A stretch of 63,115 nt of DNA, the filler included, from Porpidia crustulata (lineage: Eukaryota): assembly GCA_964255105.1 (NCBI GenBank). It is 17 parts of 17 records of this genome, joined end to end, with 100 filler letters (N's around TTAATTAATTAA, not from the genome) between each part and the next. Parts side by side here need not be neighbours in the genome. Positions count along the whole stretch, not along the records: positions 7,507 to 11,143 come from CAXUWE010002269.1; positions 11,244 to 14,878 come from CAXUWE010002270.1; positions 14,979 to 18,610 come from CAXUWE010002271.1; positions 18,711 to 22,335 come from CAXUWE010002272.1; positions 22,436 to 26,058 come from CAXUWE010002273.1; 12 more parts are not named here. One strand, 5' to 3'. A program made the position numbers and the translations under genes. Below, piece by piece: positions 11,008-22,454 of this stretch (positions within the stretch are counted from its first letter, which is position 1; the number at the start of each line of letters is the position of its first letter). The notes under the pieces are model-generated. The model had not been told where the DNA came from. It did not search any database and saw nothing but the letters and a program-made list of their open reading frames with translations.

Positions 11008-11143
11008 ATGGCTTCCTTACCAGAAGAATCCCTCGTTCCTTACTCCGACGACTATATCTCCTCCGACTCAAGCTTCTACGGTCTTTCCCCATCCCATCTC
11101 CTCTCGCCCATCACTGATCCCCACCACAGGCGACTCCCCCCAC
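11008..11143 (+). CDS. Possible 5' fragment of a hypothetical protein, truncated by contig end
   Basis: ATG-initiated open frame (MASLPEESLVPYSDDY...) running into the linker; no family recognised. Confidence 0.3.
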
Positions 11144-11922
11144 NNNNNNNNNNNNNNNNNNNNNNNNNNNNNNNNNNNNNNNNNNNNTTAATTAATTAAN
11201 NNNNNNNNNNNNNNNNNNNNNNNNNNNNNNNNNNNNNNNNNNNGGGTAGGGGAAAACTCAATCTGAAGGGCTTGGGCAGGAATTCGGTTGAGTATTGTGG
11301 ATGATCATGCTTGCGCGTAAATGGTCGCTAATGGTGACGAAGGCTGTACGCTGAGGTGCGAAATGCGCAATGAGAGTTTCGCGGCATGTCGGTGCGTTGT
11401 TGGTGCGTATTGCGCATCGTGGCGGTAGTGGCTGGCTGACGGATGGGATATAGAAACCCAGTTGGGACTTGACGATATCGAGGAGTTTGTGATGCATATG
11501 CATCGAGATTTGCATGCGCTGCCGGCCGGGGATCTGCGTGTGCCGTATCCGCTGTTGTTGATTTAAGTTTGAAGATGTCTATGTTGGTCGCATGCAATTT
11601 GTATAGACTAAGAAGCTGCAGGCCTTCGAAAAGAAAGTTTATGACTTGTTCTTGGAGGCAATGGGTATTCCCGAGTGGAAGCCCGTGTCCGCGAGAGTAC
11701 CAACGGCCAGTATTGAAATGAGACAGGAATTTGATACAGACAAAACGGGGGAACAAGTAATGTGTAATTCAGAACGTTGAATGGTAATAGCACTAGGTGT
11801 TGCTTTGGAAAATTTCTCTTCAATTTCCCTTCCCTTTTTCTTCTGGACGCTTTGATTTAGTCAGACTCTCAATTCCAGAGGAGCTAAGACATCAATCATT
11901 TCACCATCCAAGTCTCCCCAAA

Positions 11923-12691
11923 ATGCCACAATCAGGTCGCATCACCGAACGTGCTCTCGTCTACCTCACCCCTGATGTCAAGGGCCCCGACGTCTTCGAT
12001 GCCTCCACCAAGGCCGGCAAAATCTTCAAGAACCTCCTTGCAACAATCTCTTCACAGCCAGGCTTCGTGAGTGGGCATTGGGGTTTTAGGCATGGAGTTG
12101 AGAACATCGCTGAGCATATCGTTGGTATTGAGAAATGTCCCCTTGGTTTCCTTTGCCATCCTGGCCTCCACATTCCACTGAATTTTCTTCGTCTGCTCAG
12201 ATTGGGAATGCCTTGCCGCACACGATGCTTTGAGTGATAACGTCGACATTCTCGAGCCCATCATTGAAGATCTCAACCCAATCATGCGCGCCTACCCTGA
12301 GTGGTACCACATCACCTACACTGCTCCTGCCACTCAGAAGCCTTGCCCTCTGTCTGCAGTGCTCACTCCCACTCCTGCCGTCACGGAATTAAAAGTTCTC
12401 TTCCTCGCCACCGACGCTTCCGCTGAGGCGCTCGAAGCTGGAGTGGCCAGATATTTGAAAGAGGTCGAGGCTTCCGAGGGATTCATATGTGCCGGATCGG
12501 GATGGGTACTACAAAACGAGGTTGCACAAATGAAGACGAAGGGAAAGGCGCTGAATATAGCAATTGGATGGCGTACTGCGGAGGCGCAGAGTGAATTTGA
12601 GAAACAGGGAGGAAGCGAAAAATGGGAAGAGTTCGTGGGTGGTTTAGTAAGTGAGTGCAAGACTGATATCTTAGAGCTGAAGAGACAGTAG
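11923..12691 (+). CDS. Dimeric alpha-beta barrel (ABM/EthD-like) fungal protein, 2 exons
   Basis: MPQSGRITERA...SQPGFVSGHWG..., intron about 12125-12200, then DWECLAAH...AVTEL...GSGWV...IAIGWRTAEAQ: tandem ABM-like repeats. Confidence 0.7.
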
Positions 12692-13096
12692 AGAGAGATG
12701 AATGGAGATCTGCGAAGCAGTGCTGTGAGTATACCGGAAGGAGAAGAACGTGACGTTGCCCTGTTGTTCGTCCCAGAGTAGATGGTAAAGTAGCGAATTG
12801 CTTTGATCAGTCCATCATCAGCACAGCTAAATCTCGCTCGAAAGATTCATCACCGCTCAGTTTATGAGTCAGGGGTGACGAGACCGAAGTAGCCTGTTCA
12901 TCCTCTAGTTGAACGTAGGATTGGCTACTGCTCCTCTTTATCCTACGTCTAAAGCCATTGAGACAGTAGTACTCTTGCATCACGATACTCCCATAGATGG
13001 ATACCATTTAATATCGCATCTCTGGCTGGCTTCAAGAATGGAGAGAGGTATTTGGAAAGGTTGGGGTTAGAGTTTTCTAGAGTAAAGCCATCCAGC

Positions 13097-13110
13097 TTAG
13101 GGTTAGGGTT
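13097..13110 (+). repeat. Short interstitial telomere-type repeat TTAGGGTTAGGGTT
   Basis: Read directly; a degenerate GGTTGGGGTTAGAGTT lies about 25-40 bp upstream. Confidence 0.6.
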
Positions 13111-13639
13111 TTAGTCCTCGCTTCGGTAAACGGTCCTAATTTGGATTGGATGAAAATCTACCTCCTGGTCTGCTTTCTACTCGTTCCGTTCCAAACGAAA
13201 CTCAGTCGGTATCATCGTTCTCAAGATGGATTAAGCTGTGATACGAGGATGCATTTGGAGCAGGCCTTAGCATGCGGCCCCTAGCCAACGTATATGCGAA
13301 AGCCCACCAATGCAATATGGTAGAACAAAGACCCCCTTGGCACCCAGTTGCTTAGTTCAGAGTCAATCTAGCGAGTTTACCAGTTCAATGCTTTGCTCCT
13401 GGCGCTATGAAAGCTGGTCCTTGTGAGCTAATCGATTCCATCGAGAATATCTACTTCTTGAGATCGCAATGCATAGTCCAGTCAGTCTGCGTATATCTTA
13501 TGGATGCTTATGTTTCCACTGCCTGCTCCACCCAGATTTTGTATTTAGTTCACTATCAAGACCATGTGGTTCTTTCTTCTTGTCTGTACCGCATTTCCTA
13601 AGTAGAATCAACGGTCGAAGCATTGATGATTGCAAGAAC

Positions 13640-14878
13640 ATGGATATACATGGATTTAACCTAGATACCGCTTCTCTCGTCCTATTTCTTCTTATATCCT
13701 TGGTTTTTGTCACATATCTAAGAGGGTCGTCGATACATCGCCTGATTACATGTCAAGTATGATACTTTCATTCTGATATTATTATCTGTTACCCCTTTTC
13801 TCGTTCAAGAAAGCAAACCAATCTTGTGAGAACAATGATGCTTAATAGGTAGTTTCGTGGCCTGGGCTTCCGAAATTTCCCCTGCCATTAGATCGCCTTA
13901 TTGCGTCCAAGTGAGGATTATGAGCCTTCACTACCGGATTCTCGGATATAATCAGATTCCACAATAACTAATTTCACTTAGTGGAGGAATCAGAAAACGA
14001 TACCTCAGACAGTAGTCAAAGATGGTGAATCGGCTCCAGCGTATCCACAGGTCAAGCCTCTTCCCAAATTTGACTGGCGCCAAACGGAACCGCTGAAGAT
14101 ACGACCCTTCAAGAATTCCTATCAAGTAACAATGGGTATAAATGAACAGGCCTCTTTAAAATCACTTCGTTGTCTACATGTCTCGCTAATGACGAAACGA
14201 TAGAGCTCACTGCGGGCGATTACTCCGATTTGGTACAGATGGACAAAACTTACCTCGACCGCATTAAATTGCGGAGGGAGCTTGTAGCCACGAGACCTCA
14301 CGACGTTATTGGAGCTGGGGACAAAATAGTACGACCCGCGATCAAAGAGCTCTATTCATGGCTTCTAGGCATCTACTTACCTCAGCGTTTCCCCACCATG
14401 TTCGAGCTACGTCCTCAATCGTTAACCACCAGTGAGAAGCCAGATGCACTTGAATCATTAGTATCGCTTGTCACCGGGGATCAATATCCAATTTTCCCAC
14501 CAGAAGATCCGGAAGAATCACTAAAAATAATTGCGGGCTTAATCGACGAGGAATGCCTACTCCTTCTACCCGCTGAAGATGGCGAGGGCTACATACTCGG
14601 AGCCTCAATATGGGTGTTCCAAAACGGTGTCAGAATCGCAGATAGAGTCGGCTGTAGACTGAGAGATATCCACGTAAGTCCTCCACCCAAAAATTCCCCA
14701 CTCAACACACCACGCCCACTACTTCACGCTGAAGATTGGAGCTATACGAATTTAGAACGACTACGTAGTAACGCTCAACAGGCACCGGTACCTGGTTACA
14801 AACAAAGACTCGAAAAGAGCATGGATCGCTACTTCACCAAGATACCAGTCGGGAAGTTCATGAGACGCGAGACCGTCC
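13640..14878 (+). CDS. HRQ family / heme-dependent oxidative N-demethylase alpha-like (DUF3445) protein, 3' truncated
   Basis: N-terminal TM exon 13640-13756; exon from 13982 with FDWRQTEPLKIRPFK; then MDKTYLDRI, YLPQRFPTMF, LRDIH and PVPGYKQRLEKSMDRYF. Confidence 0.8.
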
Positions 14879-15482
14879 NNNNNNNNNNNNNNNNNNNNNN
14901 NNNNNNNNNNNNNNNNNNNNNNTTAATTAATTAANNNNNNNNNNNNNNNNNNNNNNNNNNNNNNNNNNNNNNNNNNNNCAATTGAATGATGCGGGCGGAG
15001 AATAGTTTGGGTGTTGAAGAGGGGGAGGTTCAATGGTGCATTGTTTACTAATGTTTGTGGTGGGGATGAGATCCTTGGCAAACATTTCAAATTCGGCAAA
15101 GGTCTGACGTCGAGTTCCGGTTTTCAGGGGTGCATGTATGATATCTACGAGTTTGAAGTGGCTGTTTGAAGGACTTAATAGTTCTGGTTGTGCTTGAAAC
15201 ATGCTGTTCTGGACCCTGATATATGAGTTTGTTTAAATAATATAAATTGGCCATCTTGTCGTAAAACCCCCTTTTGAGGATCTGAAATCCCAAAACACCG
15301 CCAACCCGAATTTCTACAATGAATATTCCGCTTCCCTCGCAATTTAGGATGTCTGAGAACGCCGTTACACCATTGGGCCTATTTCGTGTCTAGATGATCA
15401 ATTGGATGTTTGCCAGATGAGAAGTGATTGACTTGGTTAAACCTGCCAGAATAGCAATTACCAGTTGTTGCACCAGCTTGAT

Positions 15483-16523
15483 TTACACTACTGCTCCAGC
15501 CCTTTCTTCCCAGCTCAAGTCTGCTCGCCGGATTAATTCTTCGTATAGCGTCCATGCCAGCGCTGAGCTGATAGCTTTTCTTCCCATCCGCAATCCTAGC
15601 CCATCGAATAGGCTTTTGAACCCATCTTCTTTCACCATCCGACGGCTGGCCACGAGCATGTTGCTGTACTTCCCAGGCATGAGTTGTAGACGTGTTTTGA
15701 TAACGTCGAACGGATTGGTCATGGTGGTAGCCGTTCCGGCCGCTAGTACACCAGAAATAAAATTGATCGGTACAGAGGTGCCGCTCGTCATTGCTTGAGG
15801 CGAACCCAATGTATCGATGGGAACTACCTCCTGCAATTTACTGAGACGCTTTTTGCATTGTTCGTAAAAGACTACATAAAGCCCTGCGTACGGAGCATCC
15901 CTTATAGCTGTGGCTCCAAAGCCCGAGAAGAATCCTTTGATACCCTCGGTCCTAATAATGGCTGCCCCAGCACCCAGAATCGATTTGTAGGAGTAGAGAG
16001 TTGATTCATAGCGGACTTTGATCACACTGATTGGCATCGTGATCATCCCGGCAGAAACTCGAGCGATAGCGCCGGTGGTGAGGTTAGCAAGATTGGAGAG
16101 CTTAGGAAGGGATGATGAGGAATATTTGATATTTGGTTGGGAATTACCGACAAGTCCCGTGGATGTGAGGAAATTGGAGCGGGCAATGTGCTGGCGCAGG
16201 GCATTGAGTGTAGAAAAGTAAAGCGCTGACCCGAAGCCAGTTCGTATCGCTGAGGGCAGTGTCCCACGCCATAGCTGTTTTAGGGCGCTTGGTCCTTTTA
16301 CAATTTCTCGAAAGGCCGTGACTAGAGAAGCCGAGCCTGATTGTTGGATCCTTGTTTTAAGGAGATCTGCGGGCTGCAGTAAAGAAGCCGATAGCACCCC
16401 AGTACAAAGGCCTGCTGCGAAATGAAAAGCTAGAAATCAGTACTCGTTAGACTTGATTCGTATGTAAGACCTTTGGAGTAGCCTCTCACATGAGGAGGAT
16501 CGTGGACCTGCTGTATTTGACAT
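15483..16523 (-). CDS. HEM25: Mitochondrial glycine carrier (Hem25/SLC25A38)
   Basis: Three carrier repeats ([35 protein letters not shown]); [19 protein letters not shown] and [14 protein letters not shown] motifs; short first exon [11 protein letters not shown] followed by an intron. Confidence 0.9.
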
Positions 16524-16966
16524 GTCCCATACCCTTTGGAAGAGGTTATATCAGTACTGCGCGGTGGCTCGTTAATTCTGACATTGTGATGGACGGAGTG
16601 CAAATAGAGCTATTGCCCTTCGGTTCTATCAATTTCTCAGGAATGAAGTATCCACAACACAGAATGCATAGAACTTTCTGCAAAAGATCTCAGTGAACCG
16701 TATCTACACAAACGTTAGTAAAATTACCCATAGCAAAATAAAACACCAAGTAGCAAAAGGGAAGTTGCGGGCTACTTAAATGTTGACGAGAAAGATTCGG
16801 GCTCGATGACTGGGTTCTGAATCAATCTAATCTAGCCGCGTCAAACGCGATATCGAGCATTCGTATTAATAGGGCTGCGCTAGGATGACACTCTGCAGTA
16901 CTTTGCATACCTTCTCGATGGCTGTTTTGACACTCTTTGACATACATCAAGATTAGACTGTCAAGC

Positions 16967-18454
16967 ATGGCAGACACTCTAGCTCTAAGCCGAGCTCATA
17001 CGCTAATAAAGAACTCCGCCAAAAGGACCAGAGAACTTTTTGGAGCCGAATACACAATACCCACCACCTTAGAACCATCCTATGAACAATTGCCACAACT
17101 TGACCCAATCGCAAATTCTTATGAGCTTGCAGACCGCGCTGCTCTCACTTCTCGAATACGGAACGAATATGAACATGTTCGAGAGTTACCTCCAGCGCTA
17201 GCAGCAAAACAAGCCAGCGCTTCAGCGTCCGCAGCAGCAAGGCGGAAAAAGCCTAGGATACAGGCTGAGGGAGAAGATTCATTAGATATCCAGACCGCTA
17301 AGCTTATTGAGGGTATACCAGCAAAATCAGACGCAAAGCAGAACGGAGGCTCATCGACAGCATTGGCGTTGCGCAATGGTACTAAAGCAGGACCAAATGC
17401 CAATGGACCTACACTAAATCGCAACTTACCTTCTTCAAGTCTTGTCCGTAAAGACTACATTCAACAGCCAAAGCCAGAATGGCATGCGCCGTGGAAATTA
17501 ATGCGCGTGATATCTGGGCATCTTGGCTGGGTGCGAGCTCTAGCTGTGGAACCTGGGAACCAATGGTTCGCTAGTGGAGCCGGTGATAGAACTGTCAAGA
17601 TATGGGACCTAGCCTCTGGAGCCTTACGACTTACTCTCACTGGTCATATCTCCACAGTCCGTGGCCTCGCTGTCTCTTCACGCCAGCCATATCTATTTTC
17701 TTGTGGCGAAGACAAAATGGTCAAATGCTGGGATCTTGAAACAAACAAAGTAATCCGTCATTACCACGGCCATCTTAGCGGCGTATACACGCTTGCCCTT
17801 CACCCAACCCTCGATGTCCTCGTAACCGGTGGCCGCGATGGCGTAGCTCGAGTATGGGACATGAGATCACGAAGTAACATACACGTGCTTAGCGGACACC
17901 GGCAAACAGTCACAGATTTACAATGCCAAGAAGCAGATCCCCAGGTCATCACCTCCTCTCTCGACTCCACCGTCCGACTGTGGGATCTAGCAGCTGGCAA
18001 AACCATGGGCGTCCTTACCCATCACAAAAAGGGCGTCAGGGCACTTGCCGTCCACCCTACAGAATGGACATTTGCTTCCGGGAGCACCGGCAGCATCAAG
18101 CAATGGAAATGTCCCGAAGGTGCATTCATGCAGAATTTCGAAGGCCAAAACGCCATCATCAACACTCTCAGCGTCAATGAAGATAATGTACTCTTCAGCG
18201 GTGGGGATAACGGAAGTATCAGCTTCTGGGACTGGAAAACAGGGCATAGGTTTCAAGACTTGGCAACGACGGCGCAGCCGGGATCGTTGGATGCCGAATC
18301 GGGGATCTTTACGTCTTTGTTCGACAAAACTGGGCTGCGACTCATCTGCGGTGAGGCAGATAAGACGATCAAGGTGTGGAAGCAAGACGAGGATGCGACG
18401 CCGGAGACGCATCCGTTGGAGTGGAAGCCAAAGTTGGGACGGCAGAAGTATTGA
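16967..18454 (+). CDS. PRP46: Pre-mRNA splicing factor Prp46/PLRG1 (WD40)
   Basis: [54 protein letters not shown] and [12 protein letters not shown]. Confidence 0.97.
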   Translation: MADTLALSRAHTLIKNSAKRTRELFGAEYTIPTTLEPSYEQLPQLDPIANSYELADRAALTSRIRNEYEHVRELPPALAAKQASASASAAARRKKPRIQAEGEDSLDIQTAKLIEGIPAKSDAKQNGGSSTALALRNGTKAGPNANGPTLNRNLPSSSLVRKDYIQQPKPEWHAPWKLMRVISGHLGWVRALAVEPGNQWFASGAGDRTVKIWDLASGALRLTLTGHISTVRGLAVSSRQPYLFSCGEDKMVKCWDLETNKVIRHYHGHLSGVYTLALHPTLDVLVTGGRDGVARVWDMRSRSNIHVLSGHRQTVTDLQCQEADPQVITSSLDSTVRLWDLAAGKTMGVLTHHKKGVRALAVHPTEWTFASGSTGSIKQWKCPEGAFMQNFEGQNAIINTLSVNEDNVLFSGGDNGSISFWDWKTGHRFQDLATTAQPGSLDAESGIFTSLFDKTGLRLICGEADKTIKVWKQDEDATPETHPLEWKPKLGRQKY

Positions 18455-20335
18455 TGAGCGCGTGCAAAGGGAGTCAAAATTTAGCCTTGTGTTCATTTCT
18501 TATATATACCCAATAACAAGCTTTTCCAATTCCCCGATCCGCGACATTGGGTATCACTATCTCAATTTCCCAAAAGCATCCACTCATTTCCCGCACCTAC
18601 CCCCCAAACCNNNNNNNNNNNNNNNNNNNNNNNNNNNNNNNNNNNNNNNNNNNNTTAATTAATTAANNNNNNNNNNNNNNNNNNNNNNNNNNNNNNNNNN
18701 NNNNNNNNNNGTAAGGGAGTGATGGGGAGGAGAACGGGGTTTGAGCGGTGTTCTGGCAAGGGAGAACATATTGGACACACGAGGTTTGAGTCTATGGGTG
18801 AAGGGATAGGTGAGTATATTTGGTGGCTAGACGCCCTAGTGCGCTGGAGAGATAGTCGAATGCTGGTTAAGCTCGGGGACTTGCGGGAATTTAACGACGA
18901 GGAGGTCGCGGGTGGGGAGGAAAGAGCTTGCTGTGTGGCTCGTGCTGTTAATCTATCCCGGTGACATTATTGCCCGTGTCGACGAGATGCTATTTTTTCT
19001 TGTCTGAAGACAGGGCTGGGAAAGTCCCGGACGTGGAAGATGCATATCGTGCCCTATCAATGTGGTTAGTTGATTCGTTTGGTGTCAGCACCGCCATTTG
19101 GTTCACATGGGTGTTCGACAATCAACGATAATGCGCATGTTGTGATCATTGGCAACATTATTGATGGGGTGGCCAAACCGTATCAATGTAAAGTGTAAGC
19201 TGAAAGAATCCACCATCATAGTCCATCGAAACCCGGCCCCTGCCAGAGCGTCTCCGAATACATATATTCTATAACTACCACATCATGAAGGCCACGACGT
19301 ATGAACAAGTTGGGCAAGGTCCTCTCGTGCCATCAACGTAGGTCCATCCAGGTTGAGATCCGTTCGAGCCTTATATCGCCGCTTCATTAGAGGAGTTCCA
19401 TGATCACGTTTCATTGCCATCACTGCCCTTAAACCATTCGATGCAGATTCACACCTGCCTAGGGCGGACTGACATCGAGCCAGCATGTAGTGGGACACCT
19501 TGGACAGCCAAAGCGGTGGCGACAATGACTCGGAGAAGGAATGCCGCATGCACTCTAACTACCACAAAGTATAGTGGAAGTTCTTGGATTTGACATGGTT
19601 AGGGCCTGCTCCGACAGCCAGGCGCAACCTCTTTTGTTCGAAGTGCAACGTTTGCTCGTCTGTGATTGGGATTTAAGAATCGTATAATAGCTTACGACAC
19701 CTCAACGCCGCCGTTAGTTTATGGTAGGCACTTGTCCAATGACTGTTAGGGCAAGACTTTTTTCTTCTGATTAGCTTGAATGCAGCCCATCTCCTCAAAC
19801 GTGTGCGTGCAACATAAAATGCTCTCGATGCTGAACCTCGAGGCCTCCATACTTGCTGCCAGTTCTGCGGCGAAGCACGGCTTGACAGGATTAGATAAAC
19901 GCTCGAAGTGAAGAGGGAGTACAGAATGGGGGTTCGAGAGAATAGAAATAAAGATGAGAGATCTTGCGAAGCAAATGCCGGTGTTCTTCATATTCCATAT
20001 AGAAGTTCGAAAAGTCTTTGACATTTGTCACGCCACCGCTCCATCAAAAGTAGTAAGACGCGAGTATTTTCAGTCAAGATCTTCAGCTTAACGTAGAAAT
20101 GGGTGTACATTAACGAAAAGACAACAGTAATGAGTTGAAAATTGTATATGTGCGGCGCTCCAAAGCAGCTGGACAAAGCCTCACACATCATCGTCAATTG
20201 CACTCGGACAACCACATCGCTGCACTGATTGGTTAGCTACGAATTACGAATCACTTTACTATCGTAGGAGGCCATAGTACATTATCAGCGTGGAGTCTGT
20301 TGAAAGTCGAACAAGATCGCTCAGAGGAAGAGACA

Positions 20336-20754
20336 ATGGCGTCTTTAAAACGCCTTCTTCGCTACCATGCCACAGCACCAGCCACCAAGCCACAAACCAT
20401 CCTCGAGCTCCATGTCCCCGAACCTTGTCATCGCACTACCCTACACCCGCTCCAATGCGATCTTCTCCTCGAACCACGCCCAGTCCTAAACCCCTCCGGC
20501 CCAATTAAAAGATGTGCCTTTTTCGCATCGAACCCTCGCGCGCGCCAATAGATCCTCCCGGCGCCGCCCCTGTCTTAATGACCCTCGAGGAAGATCAGAT
20601 GTTGACCATCACTGCCGCAAATGAGGCTAGGATGAAAGCGGTATCGGACGCAGCGGAGGCGAGGGAAAAGCTAGAGCCTGTGAGGCCTGTTAGCGCGGAG
20701 AGTCTCCGGGAAAGAAGGGAGAGTTTGGCGAATGGGACTAGAAGGGTGGGATAG
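20336..20754 (+). CDS. Small hypothetical protein (probably 2 exons, splice sites uncertain)
   Basis: MASLKRLLR... and ...PPGAAPVLMTLEEDQ...RRESLANGTRRVG* lie in different frames and can be joined only through a weak donor. Confidence 0.3.
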
Positions 20755-22454
20755 GATTGGGAAAGAGGGCGCAGGGTAGGGCATTTGCGTGGCTTGTTGG
20801 TGTTGTAGATAATTGCGCCGCTGACATGTGGAGAATTTCATCAGATTATTGCATCGTATCGCAACTAGATATGCAGGCCGGGTTGTCGGACACTTTGGGT
20901 GCAAAGATAGACAATGAATTATGCTGCAGAGACTACAGGGTGGGATGTTTGGGAATGATGCATGAGAAATGACGGCCAACGAATTTAGAGAACGCGAACA
21001 CGAGCTTTCAATAGGCTATCTGCTGGTCGGGATCTGTCGAGTGGACATTTTGTACGTAAGGGAAATCCGTTTTTCATTAGGATATACCATCTTGACTTGC
21101 TCAGTGTAATGAATGTTCAATCAAAGGTTTATGCCAAACATCTTCGAAATTTGCATACACCCACGCACACGCCAACTGAGCATATCACAGCTATTCACGA
21201 GGAAAGAACAGGTCCCAGGGATTTGAAACCAGAGAACGCGCTGAATCTCAACGCGATTCTCTAGGATCATCTCGTTATATGGTTCTGCTCTCTGGTCTCG
21301 GAATCTGTGAAGAAAGTGAATATTGCCGATGAGAAGATCATCGCTGCTGACAGACCAGAAACCGGAACGCCCCTGAATGTCGTTCCTAAGCAGTCAGAAA
21401 TCTAACAGCGCTCTCTGACGGAATAGGCCCCAATATGAACTCGTTCGTCTTCGCCCTTTGGTATATCCCAAGCAGTACTTTTACTACAATAACCGGGTTT
21501 GAGCACCATGGGAAAAAGAACAGCAAGACAGTTGCGAGCAAGATGGAAGTCTCGGAAATAAACCTCAATACCCCAAGCTCCCTAGCCTGGAACATTGCTC
21601 GGTACATGAGAGATAGTGTGGGAACTCGATGGTGAACCTGTCGTTGTTATCGACCAGCTAGTGCGCCGAAAATTTCGATAAAATTGCCGCCAAGAGGCTC
21701 TCGACCAGGATCAGTTCGACAGAGCTTTCTTCATGGTTTTAGATTGCGGTGCCGACGCAAATTACATTGAAAAAGGGTTTTGGCAAGCACATCATGGGCG
21801 AGATCTAGCCACAACGCAATCTCTTCCTCTTCCCAAACCTTCCAAAACCATTCCGCCTCCTCGTTCATTCCAAATCAAGTGCGTAAAGCTATGCGCAGAT
21901 CAGTCTCTCCAATACCCTCCCCAATCATTGAAAACCTCATGACAACAAACTCAAGTCCGCAGGAGCTGTTCACGAGAACGACGGGCTCAAGTAAAAGGGA
22001 ATTATTATCGAGCTATCATCCAAAAAGCTTAGCTGAGAAGTTGAAAACAAGGATATCTAATCTGGGGCTCACTAGCTTCCATCATCTCAACCTTGAATTG
22101 CGATTTTCCAACCGCCAATATCCTAATTCATGGCGGAAGCTGATCCTAGTTTTCATACCTCTACCGGCCTTTTTGCTAGGTATCTAGCAGCTCCTTGCTT
22201 TATCACTGAAGTCGTAGCCATCAAAAGAGCCGAAACGGCCAGACAGTCAGAAGGTTGTCCGGGGCGTACAGATTCGCCGAATCAATACCGGAACCGACTT
22301 CTCCAAACAACCAGAAAACCCTAACAATCCCACCCNNNNNNNNNNNNNNNNNNNNNNNNNNNNNNNNNNNNNNNNNNNNTTAATTAATTAANNNNNNNNN
22401 NNNNNNNNNNNNNNNNNNNNNNNNNNNNNNNNNNNCCATCATACCTACCTATTC

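Noticed and set aside
19018..19032. GGGAAAGTCCCGGA resembling the RNase MRP/P P4 5' strand
   Set aside because: No matching 3' P4 strand (ACnnAnGGGGCU-like) found downstream.
21212..21305. tRNA T-arm-like word (minus GGTTTCAAATCCC) and an imperfect inverted repeat
   Set aside because: No cloverleaf can be built; the stems are short and mismatched, and there is no second copy.
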